Source of the DNA: Nitrospirota bacterium
GTDB taxonomy: Bacteria > Nitrospirota > UBA9217
Direction of reading: 5' to 3'
DNA length: 64,000 bases
Assembly: GCA_963740085.1 (NCBI GenBank)
Contig: CAVUCU010000001.1
Coordinates: forward strand, 1,152,001 to 1,216,000
The first letter of the stretch is position 1. The number at the start of each line of letters is the position of its first letter. Of the stretch, positions 40,894 to 53,500 are shown piece by piece. The position numbers and the translations under genes are program-made. The notes below the pieces were generated by a model. That model was not told where the DNA came from, made no database searches, and saw only the letters and a list, made by a program, of their open reading frames with translations.

Positions 40894-43262
40894 TCAATTG
40901 CTCTGTTTACCTTTTCGTCTTTTCGTAGTCGCTGCTGATCGTTTTCTCCGCCACTCAAAAACCAACAGAGCAGTAAGTGCAAGAGCGCCTGTCAGGCTGA
41001 CGAGCCATCCGATCCGCACCTCCGGCGGGTCGTACTTCATCTCGAGGACATGCCGGCCCGCAGGCCATGGCACCGCGCGAACGAGGAAATCGGCGCGCCA
41101 TATTGGCACTTCATTGCCGTCTATCGTTGCCCTCCAGCCGGGCCAAAAAGAGTCGTTCACAACAAGAATGCCGTCGCTCGGAGAAGCGGCGTCGATCCGC
41201 AGCCGGTTGCTTTCGCGCTCAATTTCAAGCACCTGCCCTGCCCCCAGCGTCTTTGGTTGCGGCGCCCCCTCGAGAACTACTGTTGTTTCTTCCCGTGCCA
41301 GAGTTTTGACCAGGGTGTCGAGCGCGTCCTTCTCATTGGATGCGATTGCGACCTTTTCCGCGAATATTGCCCACGGACGGTGGGGCACCTTCCATCCGGT
41401 AAAGCCCCATTCACGGTTGTCCAATACCTTGACACCGTCCTGACTCGCTGCCTTGGCAACCTGCGCCTCGTCAGGAAAGTAGGGGTCCTTGATGATCATG
41501 TGCGTAACTGCATACAGCCGGAAAGCGATAGGGGAATCAAAGCCGAATTGATCGTTAAACGTCCGTATGAGCATATCAAGACGCCGGGGCCGTAACCCTG
41601 TGTAGGTGTTGAATTGATCGATGCGTGATGGAACGTTATAGGCGGGCGCTCCAAGATGCGACTGAGCGCCGATCTGGCCGTCGAATTGATCGACTCCCTC
41701 GGGGTAAAGATAATTTTTTTCGATCGGCGTCAGTATTCTTGGAAGTTCTCGGGAATCTGCAATTTGTGACAAGGGATGATCATCACGGACAGCGCGATCC
41801 CCGGAGTGCAGCGCGAACGGGGCGGCAAATGATGATTGCAAAAAAACCAGTCCGGCAACTGCCGCGGGAAAATAAATGCGGAATTGAGGACGGCGGCGGG
41901 CGACTATGAGAAGGAGCACGAGCGCCAAAAGTGTCAGGCCTGCATGCATGAGACCGATCGTCAGATTATGACGCGCAACAGGGGCCGCTCCACGTGCAAC
42001 CGCATCCGTGAACAAGGTGTCGAAACCCTGCCAATTCCCGAGGAACAGAGCCGATGCGAGGGCTGCCAAACCGGCGCCTCCCGCAAGGACTGCCCAAAAC
42101 TTCGCTGGCCGCTCTGATAATCGTTCAGAGCCGAACGCGGCAAGGACCGATAGACACAGCGTCAGGGGACCCACCATCTTTTCGGAGTAACGGAACTTTC
42201 CCCAGACCGGGATCAGGTGAGTAAGCTGCTCAGCGCCCGCGTTTGTTCCGAGTGCGAGCCACAGGAGAATCAGTGATGAGATGCCCAGTATGCGGGTCGA
42301 GCGGGAACGCGAGACCCCGCCTGCTGCCAGTACAAGGACACCTGCCCCTACAAAGACGCTCGGAACAAAAGGCAGTTCGAAGCCGGTCTGTATTTGTCCC
42401 CCGAGCCACATGAAAACAGGCCATTTTTCCAATCCTGCCGCGGCACTGCCAAAGAAGCCCGGAACGATAAACTCTATGATCCGCCACGGTGAAAGGGCCC
42501 ATTGCACGCGGTCAAGGCTGTCCAGCCCTGTTGCACGGGATACTTCGCGGAAATACACCATCGTCGGTATCAACTGGATCCCCGCGAGCGCAGTGCCGAT
42601 GGCGACCCCGATCAAAGCGTTTTTGAAGCCCCCGCATCCCGCCCGCTTCGATAGCCAATGCAGTTCCCAGGAGCATGGCCATGAGCGTCCACTCGGGGTC
42701 GCCGGCAAAATGGAGCGCTGCAACAGCAGCCGCGGCCGCAACGATCCCAAAGCGCCGCCCGTCACCCGCCATTCGCAGCCCAATGAGGGCCCATCGGGGC
42801 AATGGCAGCCGCGCCCAGGTACTGGATGATCGAGCCCATCCCCAGGACGTATCCCGAGAGCCCATAGCCAAGGCCCGCGACGGCTGCGGACCCCCACGAA
42901 GCGCCGAGGACACGCGCCAGCATCGCGCTGCCGATGGCCGCAAGCATGATATAGATGAGGATAAAGACATCCATTCCCGCGTTCGGGAACAGGAATGCGC
43001 CGATCAACGATATGGGGTGAAGGACCCCGTGCATCATTTGCGCGAAGAGCGGGATGCCGAGGGCTTCGTGGGGGTTCCAGAGAGGAAGCTGGAAATTCCG
43101 CAATGCCTCGACAACGAGAGTACGTACAGGCTGGAACAGCTTCGAGGTGTCCCGCCAAACCAGGGTATGGCCTGATATGAGCACCAGGAGCGCCGGAAGG
43201 ATCGCTCCAACGGCTATCGCAGACATCCACAGGATTGAAAGCTTGTTTTTGTTTATTGTCAT
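40894..43262 (-). CDS. YfhO-family GT-C membrane glycosyltransferase; frameshifted near 42660-42790
   Basis: N-terminal WRD...PLWNP in ORF 42762..43262; C-terminal DSFWPGWRATIDG...PAGRHVLEMKY in ORF 40894..43230. Confidence 0.85.
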
Positions 43263-43336
43263 CGAGAGGTTGCGATCCAGTCGTGGCCTTTTGTTGTCAT
43301 TTTACTTTATTCTTAACTGCTCAGGTCAAACCCCGT

Positions 43337-43428
43337 TAGCCGCAGAGAACGCAAAGAACTCAAAAATACTTGGATCTTGCATTTATTTGATGAATTTATC
43401 TCTGTGTTCCCTGCGTTCTTTGTGGTTA
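43337..43428. repeat. REP-like palindromic element
   Basis: Arms TAGCCGCAGAGAACGCAAAGAAC and GTTCCCTGCGTTCTTTGTGGTTA. Confidence 0.65.
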
Positions 43429-43687
43429 ATACATTTTCCACAATATTCTCCTGAGTGCTTACCTTTATTCATTGCGAGATGTCAGCATACCATGGCGAGG
43501 TTGTCGCTATCAATAATAATATGAGAGATGCTTGATGTGGCAGTACGACTGAGAACCTTGTCCATAGAAACGCCGGGCAAACTATTGGCAGATCCAGACG
43601 AACAGACACCGCCATAGGCTGCAGCGTAATCAGACGGAAAAAAGTTCCCCTTTGCGCGGACGCGTCACTTCCATGAGCAGAACAGTC

Positions 43688-46600
43688 TCAATCGGCCTTA
43701 TCCTGCAACTTTAACGGCTCCTGAACACGCTTGTCGATTATCTGCTTGATCCTTTGCAGGGTCGGCTTTTGCGGAGGGAAGGCCTTGCCTTTGGTGAGGG
43801 CCGTCCGGGCCTCCTCGCGATAGGCGGCTTCAATGTCCGACGTCACACCATCTGCGAACCGGCGAATCTGCTGATCAAGACCGGGGCCAGAGAGATACCG
43901 TTGGCCGTAGATCTCCTTCGCATTATTATCCACAAAGACCACGGACACCCTCTCGCTACTGATCGGCGCCAGCATAACGGATATCTCTACCTGGACCTGT
44001 CCACCCCGTTCATTGAAAAGAACGAATTGCATTTTTTCGAACAACTCCGATTTCGGCGCAGACTGCGCCAGATATTCGTTCTTTAAAAACCGCCCTGGCG
44101 CGAACCAGGGATATTTAGTCTCGAGATCGGCCATTTCTTTCCTGAATTCCGGCGTTTCATACCTGCCCGCCAGGAACAGTGCATGCGCCGGGTCCACGCT
44201 CCCGGCAGCGGTCGTGTTCGCGGCCCATTTCTTTATCTGCCCCGCCCGGGCCGCCTCGCCTCTCGACGGCACCAGATAGGGCAGGATGCTCTCCCGGTTT
44301 TGCAGGATGGCAGTGAGATTCTTTCCCATGACCGTTGAGTCGCGGATTGAATAGGGAGCGGAGAACTCAAGATAGAGGTTATCATCGGTATTGACGATCG
44401 CTCCCCGGCTGAACTCTTTCATCCCCCTGGTTCCCATCACAAAATAGCTCAGAAAATCCGTGGCCGATCCCATCATGACCCGGCGCAGGTCTTCGGCGAT
44501 CGCAGGCTCGGCGATACGCCTGGCCAAATCAGTTTCATCGATGACGATCGGGGCGTTGCTCCCGACGATCTCCGCGTCATTGTGGGTCAGCCAGAGCATG
44601 GTAAACGGGAAATTCTCCTGAAACGTCTTGACCACGGACTTGACGTTTTCCGGTGTCAGCTCATAGATCGGCAGCCACTGGCACACCATGCCCCCCGGCT
44701 GGAGATGATCGGAGGCCAGCTTGAAATACTCGGTGCTATAGAGATAGCCGGCCCCGCGGAACCAGGGATGGATGGGGTCCGCGGTAATTACATCGAATTT
44801 TTCCCTGGTCGTCATCAGAAAGTTACGGCCGTCGTTGAATACGATCCTCAGCTTTGGATTATCAAGGACGCGATGATTGTATGCTTCGAAGGTCCTGGCA
44901 ACGCCGATGACCTTTGGCTCGATCTCCGCGAGTGTGATCTGCTCGACGCCCGGGTGGACCGATGTCGCGCCAAGGGTCATCCCGCTTCCCGTCCCGACCA
45001 CCAGCACCCGTTTTGGGTCCTTGTTCAGCAGCATCGGCAGATGGCCGAGGGTGAACTGGCACTGCAGGTCAGGAAGATGCGAAGATGCTTCCACCCTCCC
45101 GTTTGTGATGAACGACTGATCTCCGCCCTTTATCCTGATCGAGCTTACAATTGCTTCAACACCCTCGGCATAGTACAGGATGTCGGTATTTGAAATGGCC
45201 TCCCGGATCATCTCGCGAGTTCGAAAATCTTCGGGATGGTTGCTCCGGTATATCGCAAAATAGCTCACGTCCCACATCCTCAGGGCCTGGTGATTGAACG
45301 CGAGGAACAGGAGAGCGGCCGTGGTAAGGGCTGAAACCCCAATGGTCGCGAGCTTAACGTTCATTGCGCTGCAAATGACGAACAGCCCGAAGCCGACGTT
45401 GATGACGATGAACATCTGAAGTGAGCGCTCGATCCCGAAGAGATAGATCATTGCGAAGCCGCTCACGGCTGCACCGAGGATCGCGCCGACCGTGTTATAG
45501 GCAAGCACTTCACCGACCGCGCTCCCGACCAGTTTTTTATGTTCGGCATGCACTCTTCCCGCCAGCGGGAAGGCAAGCCCCATGAAAAAAGCGGGCACGA
45601 ACATATATGAAAACGCAAGAACGAAATCGGCCCATAATTTGGCGCTGAAGAATCCCGGGCTGATCTTGAGGAAAAAATTCTGAAGACCCGCAATGTTCGC
45701 GGGAAGATCGCGGATATACACGGTCACCAGAAGCGCGGTGCCGCCGATGATCACCTGGACGATACCGAACCAGAATATGGCCCTGCCCGGTCCCTTGTCC
45801 CTAATTTTGAAAATCTTTGGAAACAACCCGTACGCTTCGCTGCCCAGGGCGATGCCGGCAAGGAACGCGACGAGCATGATGGTGAAACCGTAGACGCTCG
45901 CCCCGACAACAATGGTGAGAATCCGGGACCAGAGGACTTCGTAGCCGAGTGCGCAGAATCCGCTGACCCCGATCCCCCAGAGAACCAGTTTATAGGGTAT
46001 AAGGAGTCCTGTTTTTTTCTGAAACGAAGACTCCTGCCTGGGAGATGCCGGCATTGCAGGAGAACCGGAAACCTCTGGAGGAAGTACTCCCGCCGCCTTG
46101 TCCTGTAGGAGAATGCTGATAAGGCCGATACTGGCGTTGGTAACGATCGCGATGGAGAGGGTCGTGCTTATTGAATACAACCTCAGAAGGAAAAAACCGG
46201 CTGCCGTCGCGCCCAGGACTGCCCCGAGCGTGTTGAATCCATAGAGAAACGACAGGTGATTTCTCAGGCTTTGCGCGTGATGGGACAAAAACCGCGAAAG
46301 CACGGGCAACGTGCCGCCCATCAGAGTTGTCGGAACGATCAGTGCCAGTATGGAAAAGAGGATACGGATGATAGAGAGATACAGGGGGGAGTCGTCTCGA
46401 CCCCGGGCAAGCGGGATGTAAATGGAAGGATAGATGTTCATCAACCCGACAAAGAGGATGGCTGAGAGCGCTATGCCGAGTTCCAGCATTCCATAGAGAC
46501 GTAACGGTTTCTTGACGTTGTCTACATACCTCCCGATCGCATATCCGCCTATCGCCAGACCTGCCATGAAGATAGAAAGGACCGTCGTTACCGCCAGATG

Positions 46601-46768
46601 GGACCCGCCGAATATGAGGGTCAATGACCGGACCCAGACCACCTGGTAGATCAGCGCGGCGGCGCCGGATAAAAAAAACATCACGTAAATAACTGCCACT
46701 ACGAGTAGACGCATGCTATTCATCTTCCGCGCTTTGTTCTCACTACGTTGAACTCTGGAATGCTGCAT
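43688..46768 (-). CDS. Fused membrane (MFS-like)/spermidine-synthase-like protein
   Basis: FFLSGAAALIYQVVWVR TM domain, then VVGTGSG, AEIEP, DGRNFL, DVITADPIHP and NTDDNLYLEF motifs. Confidence 0.88.
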   Translation of the reverse strand: MQHSRVQRSENKARKMNSMRLLVVAVIYVMFFLSGAAALIYQVVWVRSLTLIFGGSHLAVTTVLSIFMAGLAIGGYAIGRYVDNVKKPLRLYGMLELGIALSAILFVGLMNIYPSIYIPLARGRDDSPLYLSIIRILFSILALIVPTTLMGGTLPVLSRFLSHHAQSLRNHLSFLYGFNTLGAVLGATAAGFFLLRLYSISTTLSIAIVTNASIGLISILLQDKAAGVLPPEVSGSPAMPASPRQESSFQKKTGLLIPYKLVLWGIGVSGFCALGYEVLWSRILTIVVGASVYGFTIMLVAFLAGIALGSEAYGLFPKIFKIRDKGPGRAIFWFGIVQVIIGGTALLVTVYIRDLPANIAGLQNFFLKISPGFFSAKLWADFVLAFSYMFVPAFFMGLAFPLAGRVHAEHKKLVGSAVGEVLAYNTVGAILGAAVSGFAMIYLFGIERSLQMFIVINVGFGLFVICSAMNVKLATIGVSALTTAALLFLAFNHQALRMWDVSYFAIYRSNHPEDFRTREMIREAISNTDILYYAEGVEAIVSSIRIKGGDQSFITNGRVEASSHLPDLQCQFTLGHLPMLLNKDPKRVLVVGTGSGMTLGATSVHPGVEQITLAEIEPKVIGVARTFEAYNHRVLDNPKLRIVFNDGRNFLMTTREKFDVITADPIHPWFRGAGYLYSTEYFKLASDHLQPGGMVCQWLPIYELTPENVKSVVKTFQENFPFTMLWLTHNDAEIVGSNAPIVIDETDLARRIAEPAIAEDLRRVMMGSATDFLSYFVMGTRGMKEFSRGAIVNTDDNLYLEFSAPYSIRDSTVMGKNLTAILQNRESILPYLVPSRGEAARAGQIKKWAANTTAAGSVDPAHALFLAGRYETPEFRKEMADLETKYPWFAPGRFLKNEYLAQSAPKSELFEKMQFVLFNERGGQVQVEISVMLAPISSERVSVVFVDNNAKEIYGQRYLSGPGLDQQIRRFADGVTSDIEAAYREEARTALTKGKAFPPQKPTLQRIKQIIDKRVQEPLKLQDKAD

Positions 46769-46829
46769 TTATTTTTTTAGAAAAAAATTCACTCCTGCGC
46801 AGGATCATCGCCGGCATGAGCGGAGCTTC

Positions 46830-49800
46830 TCAATCGGCCTTATCCTGCAACGTCATCGGTTCCTGAACGTGCTTGTCGATTATCTGCTTGATCCGTTGCA
46901 ATGCCGGCTCCTGGGAAGGGAATGTCCTTCCTTCGGCGAGGGCCGTCCGGGCCTCCTGACGATAGGCGGCTTCAATGTCCGACATCACGCCATCCGTGAA
47001 ACGGTGAATCTTCGCATCAAGGCCAGGGGCATCGAGATACCGCTGGCCGTAGATCTTCCTCGCGGCATTGTCCACAAACATTACGGCGGCCCTTTCATCG
47101 CTTATGCGCACGATCACGGCGGACAGTTCGACGACAACGTTTTTCCCGCCGGCATCGAGGAGGGTAAGCGGGATCTTTTTAAGCAGCGCCGGTATATGCG
47201 TCAGGGCATCGAGATGCTTTTCCTTGAGATATCTTCCGGGTGCAAACGCCGGATACTTCTTGTCCAATTCCGCTATTACGCTCTGGAACTCGGGTTCGTT
47301 GTCGCGTCCGCCGAGGAACAGGCTCCTCGCGCGGTCCGCTAGCGCGGCGGCCTGTCCGTATGCCCTCCACCTGTTGATCTGTTCTTCGCGGGGTTTGCCC
47401 TCCGGCGCCGGAACCAGATAGGGAAGGATGCTTTCCCGGTATCCGGCGATGGCCCGGGCGTTGCTTACCCATCGTATTGATGCCGACGGCTGCCGGGGTG
47501 GAGAACTCGAGATATAAATTATCGTCGGTATTGATCACGCCGCCGGTTCCGAAAGCGGTCATAGCCTCCGTCCCCATGACAAAATAACTGAGAAAGTCCG
47601 TTGCGGAACCCATCGAGACCCGGCTGAGATTATCATGGATGGCTGGATTGGAAATACGTTGCTGCAGCTCCTGTTCATCGATGAGGATCGGAGAGTTGCT
47701 TCCGATGATCTCCGCGTCATGTTCGGTCAGCCAGGCCATCGTATATTTGAAATGGAGGGAAAACGTTCTTGCAACGGATCTCAGGTCTTTTATGTTCAGC
47801 TCATAGATCGGCAGCCACTGGCACATGATCCCGCCGGGCAGGAGATGTTCCGACGCTATTTTAAAATACTCCTCGGTGTAAAGATATCCCGACCCCTGGG
47901 TCCAGGGATGGATCGGGTCCGCCGTGATCACGTCGAACTTTTCCTTCGTGGTCATCAGGAAGTTCCGGCCGTCATTGAATACGATCCTGAGTTTCGGGTT
48001 GTCGAGCACATAGTTGTTGTATTTTCCAAAGGTCCGCGCGGCGCCCACAACGCTCGGCTCTATTTCCGCAAGAGTCAGTTCCTTAAGGCCCGGATGGACC
48101 GAAACAGCCCCCAAGGTCATTCCGGTCCCGAGACCGACCACCAGCGCTTTTTTGGGGTCCTTATTGAGCAGCATGGGAAGGTGACCGAGGGTCTGCTGGC
48201 ATTGCTGGTCGCCCAGTGACGCCGACGCAACGACCTTTCCGTTCACCAGCACCGCCTGGTTGCCGCCCTTGATCTTGATAACGCTGATGGTCTCGTTCAC
48301 GCCTTCATGGTAATAGAGAACATCGGTGTTCTCAATGGCGTCCTTTTTCTTTTCGGGCGTGTCAAAGGCATCCGGCTGATTGTTCCTGAGTATGGCGAAG
48401 TATTTTGCGTCCCACATCCTGAAGGCGTTCTGATCGAGGGCAAGATACAGGACCGACGCCAGCATAAGGGCGCCGGCAGTCGCGCTCACGGCCGGTCTGT
48501 CAAGAAGACTCAACATGATGAGGGACCCGAGCCCCATGTTGATGATGGTCAGCAATTGGAGGGACCGTTCTATGCCGAACACGTAGATCAGGACAAAGCC
48601 GCTGACAGCCGAGCCGAGGATCGCGCCGACGGTATTAAAGGTGAGGACACTTCCGACCGCGCGGCCGATGTCCCTTCTGAAGACTGCCGTCACGTCGCCG
48701 GCCAGGGGAAAGGCAAGGCCCATGAAGAAGGAAGGGACGAGCATGTAGGAGAATGCAAGCGTCATATTTGCCCACTGCCGGGCATCAAAGGCGTTCAGCC
48801 CCGTATGGGCAAAGTATTTTAACAGAAAGAGAGAGTGAACGGGCAGCTCGCGGATGGAGATCGTGACCGCCAGGGCAGCGGCGCCGATCATGAACTGCAC
48901 CGCTCCGAATCCAAGGATCCGGTTCCGCATTCTGTTGGCCGCCGGGAGGAGCACGTTGAAGATGGGGCCGAAGGCATTGCTGCCCAGCGCTATTCCGGTC
49001 AGGAAGGCGATGAGCATGATGGTAAAGCCGTAAACGCTCGTCCCGATCGTCAGGGTCAGGATCCTGGTCCAGAGGACCTCATACCCGAGGGCGCAGAATC
49101 CGCTGACGCCGATGCCGAAGAGGACCAGCTTCGCGGAACGGCGATATGCCGGCGCATCGCTGTCGGACTGCGGGCTTCGCGCGGGTACGGCAGGCTCCCT
49201 TCCGGAACTCCCCGTCTTCCGCATTGCTCCGGCCGGGGCCTCCTCCGTTCGCTCAGGAAGTAAGACACCGGCAAGTCCGATCAGAAGGTTGATCACTATG
49301 GCCGTTAAGAGTGCGGCGCTGACCGAAAAATACCGCAGGAGGAAAAAACCCGCTGCAGCCGACCCCGCAACGGCCCCCAGGGTATTGAGGCCATAGAGAA
49401 GGGAAAGCCGCGTCCCGATCGTTGATGAATGTCGTGACGCGAATCGTGTCAGGACAGGAAGAGTCCCTCCCATGAGGGTCGTGGGTACGATCAGGGCGAG
49501 GACCGCGAACAGAATGCGTATCACGAAAAGATACAGCCGGTGATCATCCATTCCCTGCGCAAGGAAGATGTACGCGGCAGGATAGATCTTCATCAAGGCG
49601 ATGAACGCCAGGGCGGAAAGGGCGATGCCGAGCTCGAGGTAGCCGTACAGCCTCAGCGGTCTTTGCACTGCGTCGACGCGCCTGCCGATAAGGTAGCTGC
49701 CGAGTGCCAGCCCCCCCATGAAAACCGACAGGACGGCGGTGACCGCCAGATGGGTGCCGCCGAAGACAAGGCTCAACGAACGAACCCAGACGACCTCATA

Positions 49801-49899
49801 TATCAGCGCCGCCGCGCCGGACAGAAAAAACATGAGGTAAATAACGCCTGATAAAAGAATACGCATGAGTGACCCTCTCCTTGTTTTCTCGCCTGTCAT
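46830..49899 (-). CDS. Fused membrane/spermidine-synthase-like protein, tandem paralogue; frameshift near 47460
   Basis: Same motifs as the neighbour; ORF 46830..47267 supplies the homologous C-terminus ending LQDKAD. Confidence 0.86.
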
Positions 49900-50180
49900 G
49901 TGGACGCCAGTGAGCTGTTATCACGTTGCAGCCCGGTGATTATACCACTGCATAATGAGGAACTCAATCACGTTTGGCCGGATTTTTTGAACGCATGACT
50001 GCCCGATAGCGACAGTGTATTTTCAGCCTATAAACGGCGGCTAGCCAACCCCTCACTCGTTTATGGCCGCGTTTTCGTAGCCTGCTGTTGGCCATATCGT
50101 GGCCACAGGTAAGAGCAGGATGCGGTATCACTCGTAAACGCTGGTCGCAGGCAGAAAGCAGATGATCCTAAAAATCCATT

Positions 50181-50407
50181 TAACCGCAGAGAACGCAGAG
50201 AAAAAACAGGAAGCTTTTGTTAGAATCTGATTCACCGTATCGTTGAAACACTTGCGTTCCCCTGTACTTGCTTTGTTTTGGCGTACTGTGCGGAAGTGCT
50301 AGGTGGCTGCTTTTCTTTCTCCTGTAAAACCCCTCACCATTTTGGTGATGCGATTTTATTACTCAACCGTTTGATTTTTCTTTGTGTCTTTGTGATCTCT
50401 GCGGCTA
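50181..50407. repeat. REP-like palindromic element
   Basis: Arms TAACCGCAGAGAACGCAGAGA and TCTTTGTGATCTCTGCGGCTA. Confidence 0.6.
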
Positions 50408-50470
50408 AATGATCTTTTTAGGTCCAGCTCTTGTCCGTTCACCTCCGGGGCCGGGCCTCGAAACTTTCAT

Positions 50471-50500
50471 AAAAAAAGGCCGGACCATGAGGTCCGGCCT
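50471..50500 (-). terminator. Rho-independent terminator of the surface-protein gene
   Basis: AGGCCGGACC-TCAT-GGTCCGGCCT followed by a T-run on the minus strand. Confidence 0.82.
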
Positions 50501-50528
50501 GCTCGGTCTTACAAGGCTGATAGAGGCA

Positions 50529-53500
50529 TCAAGGGACAATATCCAGATCGAACGTTGCGCTGATCGTGTGGTTCGCCTGGACGTTGACGAACGTGTAGGA
50601 AGTCGTCGCGCCGATCGAGACCCCGTCCACCTGCACGTCAAGAACGTGATACCCTGCATCCGGGGTGATGGTGAACAGTTTGCCGGTTCCGCCGAGCACG
50701 GTGCTGATGCCCGCCGGCGAGATGCTGCCGTGCTGACCGCTAACCATATCATCCGGGGCCGTGATGGTGTACGTCGTGTTCTCCGCAAATGTCGCCGAGA
50801 TGGTGTGTGCGGCCGTTACATTCGTGAACGTGTAGCTTGTGATGGCACCCTGAGACAGGCCGTCAACAAGGACATCCGCAACATGGTATCCCGCCATCGC
50901 CGGAGCGATGGTGAAGGTCTGGCTTCCGCCGTATGACACGGAGACGCTGCCGGAGGGCGATATGCTTCCATAAGAGCCCGCGCTCGCTGTTATCGCATTG
51001 GTGATGACCTGGAAATACGCCTTGATCGTGTGGTTTGCAGTGATGTTCGTGAAAGTGTAGCTCGTTACCGCGCCCAGATCGATAGTGGTGTCGACCACGA
51101 CGCGCGAGATCATATACCCCGTCGCCGGCGCGATGGTGTAGGTCTGGGTTCCGCCCTTGGCCACAATGACATCACCCGCGGGCGTGATGCTGCCGCCGGC
51201 GTAGGCTATCGATGAAAGGGTATAGTTATCCAGCTCGAAGGTCACGCTGATCGTGTGGTCCGCGGTTACGTTGATGAAATTGTAGATGCCCTGTGCTCCC
51301 ACGAAGGTTCCGTCAACAAGCACGGATTGCACACGGTATCCGGCTGCCGGCGTCATGGTGAACTTCTGGGTCGCGCCGTTTGGCACGGAGACGCTGCCGG
51401 ACGGCGATATGCTGCCGTTCGGGCCCGCGCTTGCCGTGATGATGGATGGCGGGTTCTGCGCAAAGGTTGCCGCGATGGTGTGTGCGGCCGTTACATTCGT
51501 AAAGGTGTAGCTCGTGACGGCGCCGACCGACGCCCCGTCAACAAGGACGTCCGCTACATGGTATCCGGTTGCCGGCGTAATGGTGAATATCTGGTCGGAT
51601 CCAAGCGGCACGGAAACGTTGCCGGAAAGCGCTATGCTTCCATTGGCACCCGCGCTCGCCGTTATCGTGTAGGTAAACACCGTGAAGGTGGCGTCGATCG
51701 TGTGGTCTGCGGCCACGTTCGAAAACGTGAAGCTGGTGACCGCGCCCTTGGACGCGCCGTCAACCACCACGTTCAGCACCTGATACCCGGCATCCGGCAG
51801 GATCGTGTAAGCCTGGCTGAATCCGGGACTCACTATGGTCGGACCATCCGGCGAGATGCTTCCATGAACGCCCGCTGTGGATGTGATGGTATAGACGTTC
51901 AGCGTAAAGGTCGCACTGATCGTGTGGTTCGCCTGGACATTGGTGAACGTGTACGTCGTCCTCGCGCCCACCGATGCGCCGTCTATGAGCACGTCGCGCA
52001 CCCGGTAGCTTGAATCAGACGGGGTGATGGTGTAACTCTGACCGGCGCCGCCGAACACCGTGCTGATACCCGACGGCGATATGGATCCGTTCGACCCGGC
52101 AGTGGCCGTGATCTGGTATGGCGGATTCGATGCAAATGAGGCATCGATGGTGTGTACCGCCGTGACATTCGTGAAGGTGTAGCTCGTGACCGCGCCCTGA
52201 GACACGCCGTCAACGAGGACGTCCGCTACATGGTATCCCGCCACCGGCGTGATGGAGAACGTCTTGCTGCCGCCGTATGCCACGGAGGCGCTGGCCGTTA
52301 TGCTTCCATTGGGGCCGGCGCTCGCTGTTATCGGGTACATGATGGCTATAAAATACGCTTTGATAGTGTGGTCCGCGGTCACGTTCGCTACGGTGTAGCT
52401 CGTGACCGCGCCCTTGGACGCGCCGTCGACGACTATATACCTCACCTCATACCCGGTATTCGGGGTGAGCGTAAAGGTCTGGCTGTCGCCCCTGTTCACG
52501 ACAATATCACCCGAAGGCGAGATGCTGCCGCCGAGATATGCCGAGGCTGTAAGAGTGAAGACGTCCGGCGTGAAGGTGACGCTGATCGTATGGTCTCCCA
52601 TGACGTTGGTGAACCGGTAGAGCGCGGATGGACCGCTGGCAATGCCGTCAATGATCACGGAGAGCACGCGGTATCCTGCCGCGGGCGTGAAGGTGAAGGT
52701 CTGGCTCCCGTTGCTCGGAACAGAGACCGCGCCTGAGGGCGATATGGTGCCGTTCGAGCCCGCGCTTGCCGTGATGACCGGTGAGGGAGGAGTCCGGACA
52801 ATGGACAGCGGGCCGGCTGCGTACGCATTGACAACGGTTGTCCCGTCATCGATCCTGGCGTACACGTAATATTGTCCTGCAGCAAGCGAAGTGATGTCCC
52901 AGGTATAGCTGCTGACGGGATCGGACAGGTGCATGCCCGTCGCGATCTGGGTGCCGCTGAAACCGCTGCCGGTCGTGTCGTAGAAGAGCGTGATCAGAGG
53001 ATCGCTGTCCGGATCGGACGCTGTCCAGGTAATGGTGTAACTCATTTCATTCGTGGAATCCGCCGGGCCCGGCTTGATCAGGGTGATGCTGGGAGGATCA
53101 TTGATCCCCTTGTCGTTCACGAAGAACGAGCCTGCCGTCATCCAGCCGCTGGCCAGACCGTGCTCGTCCCGTGCCTGTGCCCTCCACCAATACCGGGTGT
53201 TGTCCGAAAGCGCCGGTGCTACCGTCCAGCTGTTTCCGGCGCCGGTGATGGATGTTACTCTCGAGGTAAGGCCGCTGTCGGAATAGACCTCATACTCATA
53301 GGTGATGCTGTCCTTGTCCGGATCAACGGAGGCATTGACCTGGAGTGTGGGGGCCAGGACCGTCACCCAGCTGAGATCGGCAGGGCCATGGAGCGTAGGC
53401 ACGCTCGGGGCCTCATTGACCGTGTTTACAAAGAAGTTCGCGGTGACCCAGGGGCCGTCCGCAAGGCCGTCATTCGCCTTCGCTCTCCAGTAGTAGGTGG

